64,000 bases of DNA from Bordetella parapertussis (GTDB lineage: Bacteria > Pseudomonadota > Gammaproteobacteria > Burkholderiales > Burkholderiaceae_C): assembly GCA_945873925.1 (NCBI GenBank), contig CAMCES010000002.1, positions 13,700-77,699 of the forward strand. The letters run 5' to 3'. Shown here piece after piece: positions 55,425 to 64,000 of the stretch; position 1 is the first letter of the stretch; every line of letters starts with the position of its first letter. Made by a program: the position numbers and the translations under genes. The notes under the pieces were generated by a model. That model saw nothing but the letters and a program-made list of their open reading frames with translations, was not told the origin of the DNA and made no database searches.

Positions 55425-56534
55425 ATGAAAACCAACCTGCTTGACTTTGATCTGGACGGTTTGGTTGCTTGGTGTTTGCAACTTGGTGAGAAAAAATTCC
55501 GTGCGGTCCAATTGTTTCGTTGGATCCACCACAAGGGCGTGTCTGACTTTGCGCAAATGAGCGACCTGGCGCAAAGCCTGCGCAGCAAACTCCAAGACAG
55601 CGCCGAGATCAAGCCCCTGTCAGTCCTCAGTCGTCACGATTCAGCCGATGGCACGATCAAATGGATGTTCGAGGTCGGGCAGGGCGATGCAATCGAGACC
55701 GTCTTCATTCCAGAGACCGACCGAGGTACTTTGTGCGTGTCTTCTCAAGCAGGCTGTGCTGTGGGCTGCCCGTTTTGTTCGACCGGTGCCCAGGGCTTCA
55801 GCCGCAACCTGACCACCGCCGAAATCACCGCCCAACTCTGGTTTGCTGAACGCACCCTGCGCCAAGAGCGCGGCACAGATGAACGTGTCATCTCCAATGT
55901 GGTGATGATGGGCATGGGTGAGCCCCTGCAAAACTACAACGCCCTGGTGCCCGCGCTGCGCACCATGCTGGACGACCACGGCTATGGGCTGTCTCGCCGC
56001 CGGGTGACCGTGTCGACTTCTGGGGTCGTGCCGATGATCGAGCGATTGGGCCAAGACTGCCCCGTGGCCTTGGCGGTGTCATTGCACGCCCCGAACGACG
56101 CTTTGCGCGATGAACTGGTGCCGCTGAACCGCAAATACCCTTTGGCCGAATTGCTGCAAAGCTGCCGAGATTACCTCGCGCATGCCCCTCGCGACTTCAT
56201 CACCTTTGAATATTGCATGTTGGATGGCGTGAACGACAGCGATGCCCATGCCCAGCAGCTGATCGACCTGGTCAGGCCCGCTCAAGGCGAGCCAACCCCT
56301 TGCAAATTCAACCTGATTCCCTTCAACCCCTTCCCCGCATCGGGCTTGCTGCGTTCACCTGCCGAGCGTGTCAAAGCCTTTGCCGCCATCTTGTCCGAAG
56401 CGGGCATCATCACCACGGTGCGCAAAACACGCGGTGACGACATCGCTGCGGCCTGTGGTCAGTTGGCCGGCGACATACAAGACCGCACTGACGTGACGGG
56501 CAGACGCGCCAAGACCATCCGCATCCATGCCTGA
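55425..56534 (+). CDS. rlmN: 23S rRNA/tRNA (adenine-C2)-methyltransferase, radical SAM
   Basis: [12 protein letters not shown], the radical-SAM cluster [12 protein letters not shown] and the C-terminal [11 protein letters not shown] match RlmN. Confidence 0.95.
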   Translation: MKTNLLDFDLDGLVAWCLQLGEKKFRAVQLFRWIHHKGVSDFAQMSDLAQSLRSKLQDSAEIKPLSVLSRHDSADGTIKWMFEVGQGDAIETVFIPETDRGTLCVSSQAGCAVGCPFCSTGAQGFSRNLTTAEITAQLWFAERTLRQERGTDERVISNVVMMGMGEPLQNYNALVPALRTMLDDHGYGLSRRRVTVSTSGVVPMIERLGQDCPVALAVSLHAPNDALRDELVPLNRKYPLAELLQSCRDYLAHAPRDFITFEYCMLDGVNDSDAHAQQLIDLVRPAQGEPTPCKFNLIPFNPFPASGLLRSPAERVKAFAAILSEAGIITTVRKTRGDDIAAACGQLAGDIQDRTDVTGRRAKTIRIHA

Positions 56535-57816
56535 TTACGGCAAAATCCCACGCATGCATACCAACGACCACCCCATCCCCTTTGCCCAGCCCGCCCGCCA
56601 CCGCAGCCTGCAAGCCCAGGTGCGTTGGGGCAGCCACGTGGTGAGCGTGGGAGGGGACGCACCGGTTCGAGTGCAGTCCATGACCAACACCGATACCGGC
56701 GACGCGATTGGCACGGCCATCCAAGTCAAAGAGCTTGCCTTGGCAGGCTCGGAGCTGGTGCGCATCACGGTGGACACCCCTGAATCGGCCAAAGCCGTGC
56801 CTTACATCCGCGAGCAACTCGACAAAATGGGCGTCAACGTGCCCTTGATCGGCGACTTTCATTACAACGGTCACCGCTTGCTGACCGATTTCCCCGCATG
56901 TGCCCAGGCGCTCTCCAAATACCGCATCAACCCCGGCAACGTGGGCAAGGGCGACAAACACGACAAGCAATTTGCCCAAATGATCGAAGCCGCGATCAAG
57001 TATGACAAAGCTGTTCGCATTGGCGTGAATTGGGGCAGCTTGGACCAAGAACTGTTGGCCAAGTTGATGGACGAAAACGCCCTGCGGGCCCAGCCTTGGG
57101 AGGCCAAACAGGTGATGTACCAAGCCTTGGTCACCTCGGCCCTCGATTCGGCTGAATTGGCTGAGCGTTTGGGCTTGGCGCGCCAGCAAATCATCTTGAG
57201 CTGCAAGATGAGTGGCGTGCAAGACCTGGTGGCGGTTTACCGTGAACTCGCCAAACGCACCAACCACTCTCTGCATTTGGGCTTGACCGAAGCGGGCATG
57301 GGCACCAAGGGCACAGCGGCTTCCAGCGTGGCTTTGGGTTTGTTGCTGCAAGAAGGCATTGGCGACACCATCCGTGTGTCGCTCACCCCACAGCCAGGTG
57401 AGGCACGCACGCAAGAGGTATTGATCGCCACCGAAATTTTGCAGGCGCTGGGCTTGCGCCACTTTGTGCCCAGCGTGACCGCTTGCCCAGGTTGCGGTCG
57501 CACCACCAGCACCACTTTCCAAGAACTGGCCCAAGAGATCGATGATTTTCTGCGCTTGCAAATGCCGGTGTGGCGCAAGCAATACCCCGGTGTCGAAAAT
57601 CTCAAGGTGGCTGTCATGGGCTGCATCGTCAACGGTCCCGGCGAGAGCAAACACGCCGACATCGGCATCAGCTTGCCCGGCACGGGCGAGGCTCCGGCAG
57701 CGCCTGTATTCATCGATGGCGAAAAAGCGCTGACGTTGCGCGGCGAGAACATCGCCAAAGAGTTCCATGACATCGTCGAAAACTACATCCAGAAAAAATA
57801 CACGGTCAGCGCTTAA
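56527..57816 (+). CDS. ispG: 4-hydroxy-3-methylbut-2-en-1-yl diphosphate synthase
   Basis: [17 protein letters not shown]..., CPGCGRT and GCIVNGPGE match IspG. The ATG at 56527 overlaps the rlmN stop by 8 nt; an alternative ATG lies at 56554. Confidence 0.95.
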   Translation: MPDYGKIPRMHTNDHPIPFAQPARHRSLQAQVRWGSHVVSVGGDAPVRVQSMTNTDTGDAIGTAIQVKELALAGSELVRITVDTPESAKAVPYIREQLDKMGVNVPLIGDFHYNGHRLLTDFPACAQALSKYRINPGNVGKGDKHDKQFAQMIEAAIKYDKAVRIGVNWGSLDQELLAKLMDENALRAQPWEAKQVMYQALVTSALDSAELAERLGLARQQIILSCKMSGVQDLVAVYRELAKRTNHSLHLGLTEAGMGTKGTAASSVALGLLLQEGIGDTIRVSLTPQPGEARTQEVLIATEILQALGLRHFVPSVTACPGCGRTTSTTFQELAQEIDDFLRLQMPVWRKQYPGVENLKVAVMGCIVNGPGESKHADIGISLPGTGEAPAAPVFIDGEKALTLRGENIAKEFHDIVENYIQKKYTVSA

Positions 57817-57828
57817 CGCGACACGCAC

Positions 57829-59124
57829 ATGGCAGACAAATTAACCGCCGTCAAAGGCATGAACGACATATTGCCGCCCGACTCTGCGCGTTGGGAGGCC
57901 TTGGAAGCCACGGTTCGAGAAGTCATGCGCCTGCATGCTTACCGCAATATCCGCACGCCTATCGTGGAGCCCACCGCCTTGTTCGTGCGCGGCCTCGGCG
58001 AAGTGACTGACATCGTTGAAAAGGAAATGTACTCCTTTGAAGACCGACTCAATGGCGAGCAGTTGACCCTGCGACCTGAATCCACGGCCGGGGTGGTGCG
58101 CGCAGTGGTCGAGCACAACATGCTCTACGAAGGCGGCAAACGCCTCTATTACATGGGACCGATGTTTCGCCATGAGCGGCCCCAACGCGGTCGCTACCGT
58201 CAGTTCCACCAAATCGGCGCCGAAGCGCTGGGTTTTGCTGGCCCAGAGGTCGATGCCGAATTGATCTTGCTCGCCCAAGCCTTATGGCAGCGCTTGGGTT
58301 TGCAAGACCTGCGCCTGGAACTCAATAGCCTGGGTCAACCGCCCGAGCGCCAACAGCACCGCGCTGCCTTGATTGCCTATTACGAGCAGCACGCCGACCA
58401 ACTGGATGAGGACGCCAAGCGTCGTTTGCACAGCAACCCCTTGCGGATCTTGGACAGCAAAAACCCCGCCATGAATGTCTTGAACGAGGGTGCACCCCGT
58501 TTGCTGGATTTTTTAGGCGCAGAAAGCTTGGCGCATTTCAACGCTGTCAAGGCCATGCTCGACGCCAATGGCGTGACCTACACCATCAACCCGCGACTGG
58601 TCAGGGGCATGGACTACTACAACCTGACCGTGTTTGAGTTCATCACCGAACACCTGGGCTCACAAGGCACGATTTGTGGCGGCGGTCGCTATGACTACCT
58701 GATCCAAGAAGTGGGTGGTAAGCCCGCACCTGCTGTGGGTTGGGCTTTGGGGGTTGAACGTGTGTTGGAATTGCTCAAAGAGCAGGGGGCAAGCACCGCA
58801 GATGTGCTGCCCGATGTCTATGCCATCGTGCCAGAAGCCCGGGCCTTGCCCCAGGTCAGTGTCGCCATAAAGACGCTGCGCGGCATGGGTGTGTCGGTAC
58901 AAATGCACACGCCCAGCGGTGCGTCAGAGGGCATGGGCAGCATGAAGTCACAGTTCAAAAAAGCCGATGCCAGTGGCGCCCATTTCGCATTGGTTTTTGG
59001 GCCTGATGAACTCGCCCTGGGGCAGGTCACGGTCAAGTCCTTGCGCGATGGCCAGGGCGCGCAACGCAGCGAAGACCTGGCGCAAATCAGCCGCTGGGGC
59101 CTAACCCTACAATCGAAGTCTTGA
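57829..59124 (+). CDS. hisS: histidine--tRNA ligase
   Basis: KGMNDILP, motif 2 ([22 protein letters not shown]) and motif 3 (GGGRYD) match HisS. Confidence 0.95.
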   Translation: MADKLTAVKGMNDILPPDSARWEALEATVREVMRLHAYRNIRTPIVEPTALFVRGLGEVTDIVEKEMYSFEDRLNGEQLTLRPESTAGVVRAVVEHNMLYEGGKRLYYMGPMFRHERPQRGRYRQFHQIGAEALGFAGPEVDAELILLAQALWQRLGLQDLRLELNSLGQPPERQQHRAALIAYYEQHADQLDEDAKRRLHSNPLRILDSKNPAMNVLNEGAPRLLDFLGAESLAHFNAVKAMLDANGVTYTINPRLVRGMDYYNLTVFEFITEHLGSQGTICGGGRYDYLIQEVGGKPAPAVGWALGVERVLELLKEQGASTADVLPDVYAIVPEARALPQVSVAIKTLRGMGVSVQMHTPSGASEGMGSMKSQFKKADASGAHFALVFGPDELALGQVTVKSLRDGQGAQRSEDLAQISRWGLTLQSKS

Positions 59125-59145
59125 TTTTTGAATTTTTGGAACCGC

Positions 59146-59811
59146 ATGGCCACGCATCTCGACCTTGAAGAACAAGAAAAACTAGACCAGTTCAAGCACT
59201 TTTGGAGCCGCTGGGGCAACCTGATCATGGGGCTGATCACGGCTGTCGTGGTGGTTTATGCCAGCTACAACGGTTGGAGATATTGGCAACAACGCCAGGC
59301 CTCGCAATCCGCGATGCTCTATGACACTTTCGAAAAAGCAGCGCGTGCCTCAGATGTCGCCTTGCTTGGCCGCTCACTCTCTGACCTGCAAAGCCAGTTT
59401 GGCAGCACCACCTATGCCCAACAAGCCGCCTTGTTGTCTGCCCGCATTTATGTGGCGAAAGACAATTTGGCAGAGGCCGAAAAAGCCTTGCAATGGCAAA
59501 TCGACAACGGCAAAGAAGAAGGTTATGTGGCGATTGCCCGTCTGCGTTTGTCTGCCCTGGAGATCGAGCGCAAAAACCTCGACAAAGCCAAGGCTTTGTT
59601 GCAAGGGCAAAAAGCACCGACCGGCTTTCAGCCTTTGTTTGATGACCGGCTGGGCGACATTGCCATTTTGCAAAACAAACCTGAGGTGGCCAAACCGCAT
59701 TATTTGGCTGCCTGGAAGGGCATGGATGCCACCAGTGAATACCGCCGTTTGGTTGAAGTCAAGCTGGCTGCTTTGGGTTTGAACCCCCTCGAAACCGAGA
59801 ACAAACAATGA
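59146..59811 (+). CDS. YfgM-like membrane-anchored TPR protein
   Basis: The ATG at 59146 gives LEEQEKLDQFKHFWSRWGNLIMGLITAVVVV, an N-terminal TM anchor, followed by a TPR-like body. It occupies the conserved slot between hisS and bamB. Confidence 0.7.
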   Translation: MATHLDLEEQEKLDQFKHFWSRWGNLIMGLITAVVVVYASYNGWRYWQQRQASQSAMLYDTFEKAARASDVALLGRSLSDLQSQFGSTTYAQQAALLSARIYVAKDNLAEAEKALQWQIDNGKEEGYVAIARLRLSALEIERKNLDKAKALLQGQKAPTGFQPLFDDRLGDIAILQNKPEVAKPHYLAAWKGMDATSEYRRLVEVKLAALGLNPLETENKQ

Positions 59812-60926
59812 GCCTGTTCAAGCTGTTGACCGCTGTGGCTTTGCTCTGCTTGGTTGCCTGCGGTAGCAGCCCCAAACCCCAGCCCCAGTCCGTCGGAGAG
59901 GTCAAACCCGAGCAGGTTGCTGAACTGCTCTGGAAGCACGCTGTGTCCGGTGATAGTTCGCTCAAGCAAGCACTGACATCCGTGCAAGACCGCCTGGCCT
60001 TGGCCACCCGTGGCGGTCAAGTCTCGGTGGTCAACACCCGCAGCGGTGAGCTTGTTTGGAGAGTCGCGGTCAATGCCAATCTCAACACCGGGGTTGGTTT
60101 TGATGGCCAATTTGCCGCAGCCATCACCACGGGCAATGAACTGGTTGTGATGCAAAACGGCAGTGTGCGCTGGCGCAGCCGATTGACCGCACAGTCCTTC
60201 ACCAAGCCTTTGGTGGCGGGCGAGCGTGTTTTTGTTTTGCTGGCTGACCGCTCCGTCTTGGCCTTTGACCAAACCACCGGTCAACGCCTTTGGACACAAA
60301 CCCGTCCTGTTGAAGGCCTGGTTCTCAAACAAAGCGGCGTTCTTTTGGCATTTCAAAACAACCTGCTGGTGGGATTGGGCGGAAAACTCGCGGCCTTGGA
60401 CCCAGACAACGGCGTGTTGCGCTGGGAGCTTCCCATGGCCACGCCGCGCGGGATCAATGACCTGGAACGCTTGGTGGACCTGGTGGCCAGCGCCTCGCGC
60501 GTGAACAATTCGGTGTGTGTGCGGGCCTTCCAGGCCCAGGTGGGCTGTGTCGATGCCGCCCGAGGTGCATTGCTTTGGACCCGCCCTGCCGTCGGTGCCC
60601 AAGGGGTCGACGGCAACAGCGGTACCTTGGTCGGCACCGAGGCCAATGGCGTGGTCCGCGCTTGGAGTCGCTCCACCGGCGAGCGTTTGTGGGATACAGA
60701 ACGTTTGAAGTACCGGGAATTGACCAGCCCTTTATGGACCTCCAAAGGCGTCGTGGTGGGTGATGATGCTGGTTGGATCTACATCCTGTCAGGCATAGAT
60801 GGTCGTTTGTTGAACAAAACCAAAGCAGGCTCAGATGGTTTTGCGTCGCCTCCCACTGCAGTGACTGATGGGGTCTTTGTGGTGCTGACCCGAGACGGTT
60901 TGCTGCTGGCCTACCAGTTGCCCTGA
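59808..60926 (+). CDS. bamB: outer membrane protein assembly factor BamB
   Basis: It has a lipobox (LLCLVAC) and repeated PQQ-like beta-propeller blades (G.V.A.D..TG...W). It occupies the conserved slot before der. Confidence 0.85.
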   Translation: MSLFKLLTAVALLCLVACGSSPKPQPQSVGEVKPEQVAELLWKHAVSGDSSLKQALTSVQDRLALATRGGQVSVVNTRSGELVWRVAVNANLNTGVGFDGQFAAAITTGNELVVMQNGSVRWRSRLTAQSFTKPLVAGERVFVLLADRSVLAFDQTTGQRLWTQTRPVEGLVLKQSGVLLAFQNNLLVGLGGKLAALDPDNGVLRWELPMATPRGINDLERLVDLVASASRVNNSVCVRAFQAQVGCVDAARGALLWTRPAVGAQGVDGNSGTLVGTEANGVVRAWSRSTGERLWDTERLKYRELTSPLWTSKGVVVGDDAGWIYILSGIDGRLLNKTKAGSDGFASPPTAVTDGVFVVLTRDGLLLAYQLP

Positions 60927-60941
60927 CCCACGGGGCATTGC

Positions 60942-62276
60942 TTGAAACCAGTCATCGCGATCGTGGGTCGTCCCAACGTGGGCAAATCCACTTTGTTCAA
61001 TCGAATCACCAAAACACGTGATGCGATCGTGGCTGACTTCGCCGGATTGACCCGCGACCGCCACTACGGCAATGCCAAATGGGGCAAGCACGAGTTCATC
61101 GTGATTGACACCGGTGGTTTTGAGCCGGATGCCGAAAGCGGTATCTTCAAAGAAATGGCCAAGCAAACTCGGCAAGCTGTCGCCGAATCGGATGCGGTGG
61201 TTTTTGTGGTGGATGCACGGCAAGGTTTGTCTGCCCAAGACCATGACATCGCCAACTATTTGCGTCGCTTGGGCAAACCTTGCTTGTTGGTGGCCAACAA
61301 AGCCGAAGGCATGCAACAAGGCTTGCAGTTGGTGGAGTTTTACGAACTCGGCCTGGGCGAGGTCTTGCCGGTGTCTGCAGCCCATGGCCAGGGTATCCGC
61401 AGCATGATCGAGTTGGCTCTCGAATCCTTGCACCTGGCGGATGATGAAGACGAGGAAGATTTGGCGTTCAAACCGCTGCGTTTGGCCGTGGTGGGTCGAC
61501 CCAACGTGGGCAAGTCCACCTTGATCAACACCTGGCTGGGGGAGGAGCGCTTGGTGGCTTTTGACCTGCCTGGGACCACCCGGGATGCGATCAGTGTGCC
61601 GTTTGAGCGAGATGGTCAGATGTTTGAATTGATCGACACCGCCGGGTTGCGTCGCAAGGGCAAGGTGTTCGAGGCGATAGAGAAATTCTCTGTGGTCAAA
61701 ACCTTGCAAGCGATTGAATCGGCCAATGTGGCTTTGTTGCTGCTTGACGCCACCCAGGGCGTGACCGAACAAGACGCACATATTGCAGGCTTTATCTTGG
61801 AGTCAGGCCGAGCAGTGGTGCTGGCCGTGAACAAATGGGACGCGGTCGATGCTTACCAGCGTGAACTCCTGGCTCGGTCGATTGAAAGTCGCTTGGCTTT
61901 TTTGAAATTTGCCAAGCTACACCATATTTCAGCCAAAAAACGCCAAGGCTTGGGACCGGTTTGGCAGTCGATCGGGCAGGCTCACCAAGCTGCCATGTGC
62001 AAAATGGCCACGCCGGTACTGACCCGGTTGCTACTGGAGGCTGTGCAGTTCCAGGCCCCTAACCGCGCTGGCATGTTTCGACCCAAATTGCGCTATGCCC
62101 ACCAAGGCGGCATGAATCCACCGGTCATCGTGGTGCATGGCAATTCTCTGGAGCATGTGACCGATGCATACAAACGGTTTTTGGAAGGGCGTTTTCGCAA
62201 AGCCTTTGCCCTGGAAGGCACGCCACTGCGGATTGAATTCAAAACCGCCCAAAATCCCTACGCCGACAAAGACTGA
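60942..62276 (+). CDS. der: ribosome biogenesis GTPase Der (EngA), tandem GTPase domains
   Basis: It has a TTG start and two G domains ([12 protein letters not shown] and [12 protein letters not shown]) plus a KH-like C-terminus. Confidence 0.95.
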   Translation: MKPVIAIVGRPNVGKSTLFNRITKTRDAIVADFAGLTRDRHYGNAKWGKHEFIVIDTGGFEPDAESGIFKEMAKQTRQAVAESDAVVFVVDARQGLSAQDHDIANYLRRLGKPCLLVANKAEGMQQGLQLVEFYELGLGEVLPVSAAHGQGIRSMIELALESLHLADDEDEEDLAFKPLRLAVVGRPNVGKSTLINTWLGEERLVAFDLPGTTRDAISVPFERDGQMFELIDTAGLRRKGKVFEAIEKFSVVKTLQAIESANVALLLLDATQGVTEQDAHIAGFILESGRAVVLAVNKWDAVDAYQRELLARSIESRLAFLKFAKLHHISAKKRQGLGPVWQSIGQAHQAAMCKMATPVLTRLLLEAVQFQAPNRAGMFRPKLRYAHQGGMNPPVIVVHGNSLEHVTDAYKRFLEGRFRKAFALEGTPLRIEFKTAQNPYADKD

Positions 62277-62356
62277 AAGGGCTCAACATCCTTCATCTGC
62301 GCAGGGTGAAGACGGTGTGGTATCTTCAATCATCCTCATCAAACACGGAGAATATC

Positions 62357-62602
62357 GTGAATCAAAAAGGGCAACTTTTACAAGACCCATTCCTCAACAC
62401 CTTGCGCAAAGAGCACGTGCCTTGCTCCATCTATTTGGTCAATGGCATCAAGTTGCAAGGACAAATTGAATCTTTCGATCAATACGTAGTACTTTTACGA
62501 AATACAGTTACCCAAATGGTTTATAAACACGCCATCTCCACCATTGTGCCTGGCCGACCAGTCAATCTCCCACAAGCCGATTTGCCTGAAACACAAGAGT
62601 GA
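62357..62602 (+). CDS. hfq: RNA chaperone Hfq
   Basis: The GTG at 62357 lies 6 nt after [68 protein letters not shown] is near-consensus Hfq. Confidence 0.95.
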   Translation: MNQKGQLLQDPFLNTLRKEHVPCSIYLVNGIKLQGQIESFDQYVVLLRNTVTQMVYKHAISTIVPGRPVNLPQADLPETQE

Positions 62603-62618
62603 TGTTGATTGACCTGTT

Positions 62619-63803
62619 GTGCGCAGGCATCTTTTGATGCTCACCTTCGCTACCCAAGCCCCAAAAGCCTTGTTGGTCGGTGTTGACTTTGGTTTGCCGC
62701 ACTTTGATGATGCATTGGCTGAACTGGCTCAACTGGCCTCAACCGCAGGCATGACCCCAACCGCGCACATGACTTGCAAACGCAAAGCCCCAGATGCTGC
62801 ATTGTTTGTGGGTTCTGGCAAAGCCCAAGAAATCAAGGAAATGGCCCTGCTGTATGGCGCCACCGAGGTTTTGTTTGACCAGTCCTTGAGCCCGGCGCAG
62901 CAGCGCAACCTGGAGCGCACGCTGGAGTTGCCAGTCAACGACCGGACCATGTTGATTTTGCAAATATTTGCCCAAAGGGCGCGCAGCCACGAAGGTAAAT
63001 TGCAGGTCGAACTGGCCCGTTTGCAATACCTCAGCACCCGCCTTGTTCGCCGCTGGTCGCACTTGGAGCGGCAAAGTGGCGGGATTGGTATGCGCGGCGG
63101 TCCGGGTGAAACCCAAATTGAGCTCGACCGCCGGATGATTGGTGACTCGATCAAGCGCACCAAAGAACGCCTGGGTAAAGTCAAGCGTCAACGAGACACC
63201 CAGCGGCGTCAACGCCAGCGCAATCAAGTATTCAATGTGTCCTTGGTTGGCTATACGAATGCAGGTAAGTCCACCTTATTCAACAGCTTGGTCAAGGCCC
63301 GTGCGTATGCGGCTGATCAGCTGTTTGCCACCTTGGACACCACCACCCGTCAGCTTTACCTCAACAATGACCAAGGCATGGGCAGCCAAATATCCTTGTC
63401 AGACACCGTGGGCTTCATCCGAGATTTGCCCCACGGTTTGGTGGATGCGTTTGAAGCGACCTTGCAAGAGGCAACCGCAGCGGATTTGTTGTTGCACGTG
63501 GTGGACGCATCCCACCCTTCCTACCCCGAACAAATTGCCCAAGTCCAGTCCGTGTTGGCAGACATAGGTGCTGCCAACGTACCTCAGCTTCTGATTTTCA
63601 ACAAAACCGATGCCTTAGAAGAGGCGCAGCGACCCCGAATGCTGCAGGATGTGTATGTGTTGGATGGCTTGGCGGTGCCTCGCTTGTTCCTCAGTGCGCA
63701 AAGCGGTTTCAACCTTGACAGCTTGCGGCAACGTCTGTTGCATCACGCTCAGGCACACAGCCATGCCCTTTTAACCCCTGTCCCAGAACATGACATTGCG
63801 TGA
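62619..63803 (+). CDS. hflX: GTPase HflX
   Basis: The HflX N-terminal domain has LSPAQQRNLE and DRTMLILQIFAQRA. The G domain is GYTNAGKSTLFN...DTVGFI...NKTD. The start is GTG 62619 or ATG 62637. Confidence 0.9.
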   Translation: MRRHLLMLTFATQAPKALLVGVDFGLPHFDDALAELAQLASTAGMTPTAHMTCKRKAPDAALFVGSGKAQEIKEMALLYGATEVLFDQSLSPAQQRNLERTLELPVNDRTMLILQIFAQRARSHEGKLQVELARLQYLSTRLVRRWSHLERQSGGIGMRGGPGETQIELDRRMIGDSIKRTKERLGKVKRQRDTQRRQRQRNQVFNVSLVGYTNAGKSTLFNSLVKARAYAADQLFATLDTTTRQLYLNNDQGMGSQISLSDTVGFIRDLPHGLVDAFEATLQEATAADLLLHVVDASHPSYPEQIAQVQSVLADIGAANVPQLLIFNKTDALEEAQRPRMLQDVYVLDGLAVPRLFLSAQSGFNLDSLRQRLLHHAQAHSHALLTPVPEHDIA

Positions 63804-63868
63804 TTTCTCACCTCGATTCACAGCTTAGGCACAATGTCGACTTGCAGGATTTTTCAGACTGATTGAAC

Positions 63869-64000
63869 ATGTTTATCAAAAATTGGGTTTTGCCCGTACG
63901 CCATTTTTTATACCAAACCACTGGGCATGGTTTTGCCGCCCTGACTGCAGCATGGCTGCGTTTGCGCGGCATGTTCAATTTGAACGATGGTCGATGGGGC
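63869..64000 (+). CDS. hflK: probable HflK N-terminal fragment (3' end outside window)
   Basis: The ATG at 63869 gives MFIKNWVLPVRHFLYQ...LRLRGMFNLNDGRWG. The position after hflX and the NLND-x-RWG motif recall betaproteobacterial HflK N-termini. Only 44 codons are visible. Confidence 0.55.
   Translation, partial: MFIKNWVLPVRHFLYQTTGHGFAALTAAWLRLRGMFNLNDGRWG

Noticed and set aside
56410-57828. 472-aa ORF antisense to ispG; similar long antisense ORFs lie at 59700-60602 (bamB), 60831-61781 (der), 44560-45447 and 44805-45545 (sucB), 14065-14757 and 14409-15077 (permease), and 32536-33372 (lpdA)
   Set aside because: Each lies opposite a gene with clear family motifs, and none has a recognisable motif of its own. 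They are a frequent artefact of stop-codon-poor antisense frames at this G+C content.
1-64000. Search by eye for CRISPR arrays, tRNA/rRNA genes, IS elements, integrases, prophage or defence-system genes
   Set aside because: None was found. Intergenic regions are short (mostly under 250 bp), with no spaced direct repeats, no cloverleaf-sized conserved segments and no transposase or integrase-like translations. A tRNAscan, Infernal or defence-finder run would be needed to be certain.

Overview
This 64-kb window looks like chromosomal DNA from a betaproteobacterium, probably Burkholderiales and Comamonadaceae-like. That placement is inferred from three things: the gene order ndk-rlmN-ispG-hisS-yfgM-bamB-der-hfq-hflX-hflK, a PDH E3 that carries its own lipoyl domain, and a G+C-rich background full of long antisense shadow ORFs. 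I call about 60 tightly packed protein genes. I found no rRNA, tRNA, CRISPR array, transposase or integrase by eye.

Core content:
- A complete pyruvate dehydrogenase operon (aceE-aceF-lpdA, 27.9-33.8 kb) sits next to a divergent PAS histidine kinase and LuxR-type response regulator.
- A complete 2-oxoglutarate dehydrogenase operon (sucA-sucB-lpd, 41.8-47.5 kb) is present.
- Other housekeeping genes are folD, prlC, rpiA, pyrD, aroQ, cytochrome b561-YceI-YceI, acuI-isochorismatase-prpE, zapE, a DinG/YoaA-like helicase, bamD, rluD, scpB and rluB.

Less ordinary parts:
1. 0.2-3.4 kb holds an orphan second AceE-type E1 with a divergent Lrp/AsnC regulator.
2. 3.4-7.0 kb holds a bactofilin gene divergent from a four-gene operon of uncharacterised envelope proteins: two zinc-ribbon membrane proteins, a 4-Cys secreted protein and a periplasmic TPR protein. 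This is my best candidate for an undescribed system, but the functional link rests on adjacency alone.
3. 10.0-15.9 kb holds a Fur-family (probable Zur) regulator, a Fur-box-like palindrome, a TonB-dependent receptor broken by an in-frame TAA, and a DUF2796/ABC/DUF3299 zinc-uptake cluster.
4. A second bactofilin paralog lies at 16.0 kb, with several small secreted Cys- or His-rich proteins nearby.
5. rodZ is missing from its conserved slot between rlmN and ispG.

All calls come from reading the translations and nucleotides by eye. No database search or computation was run.
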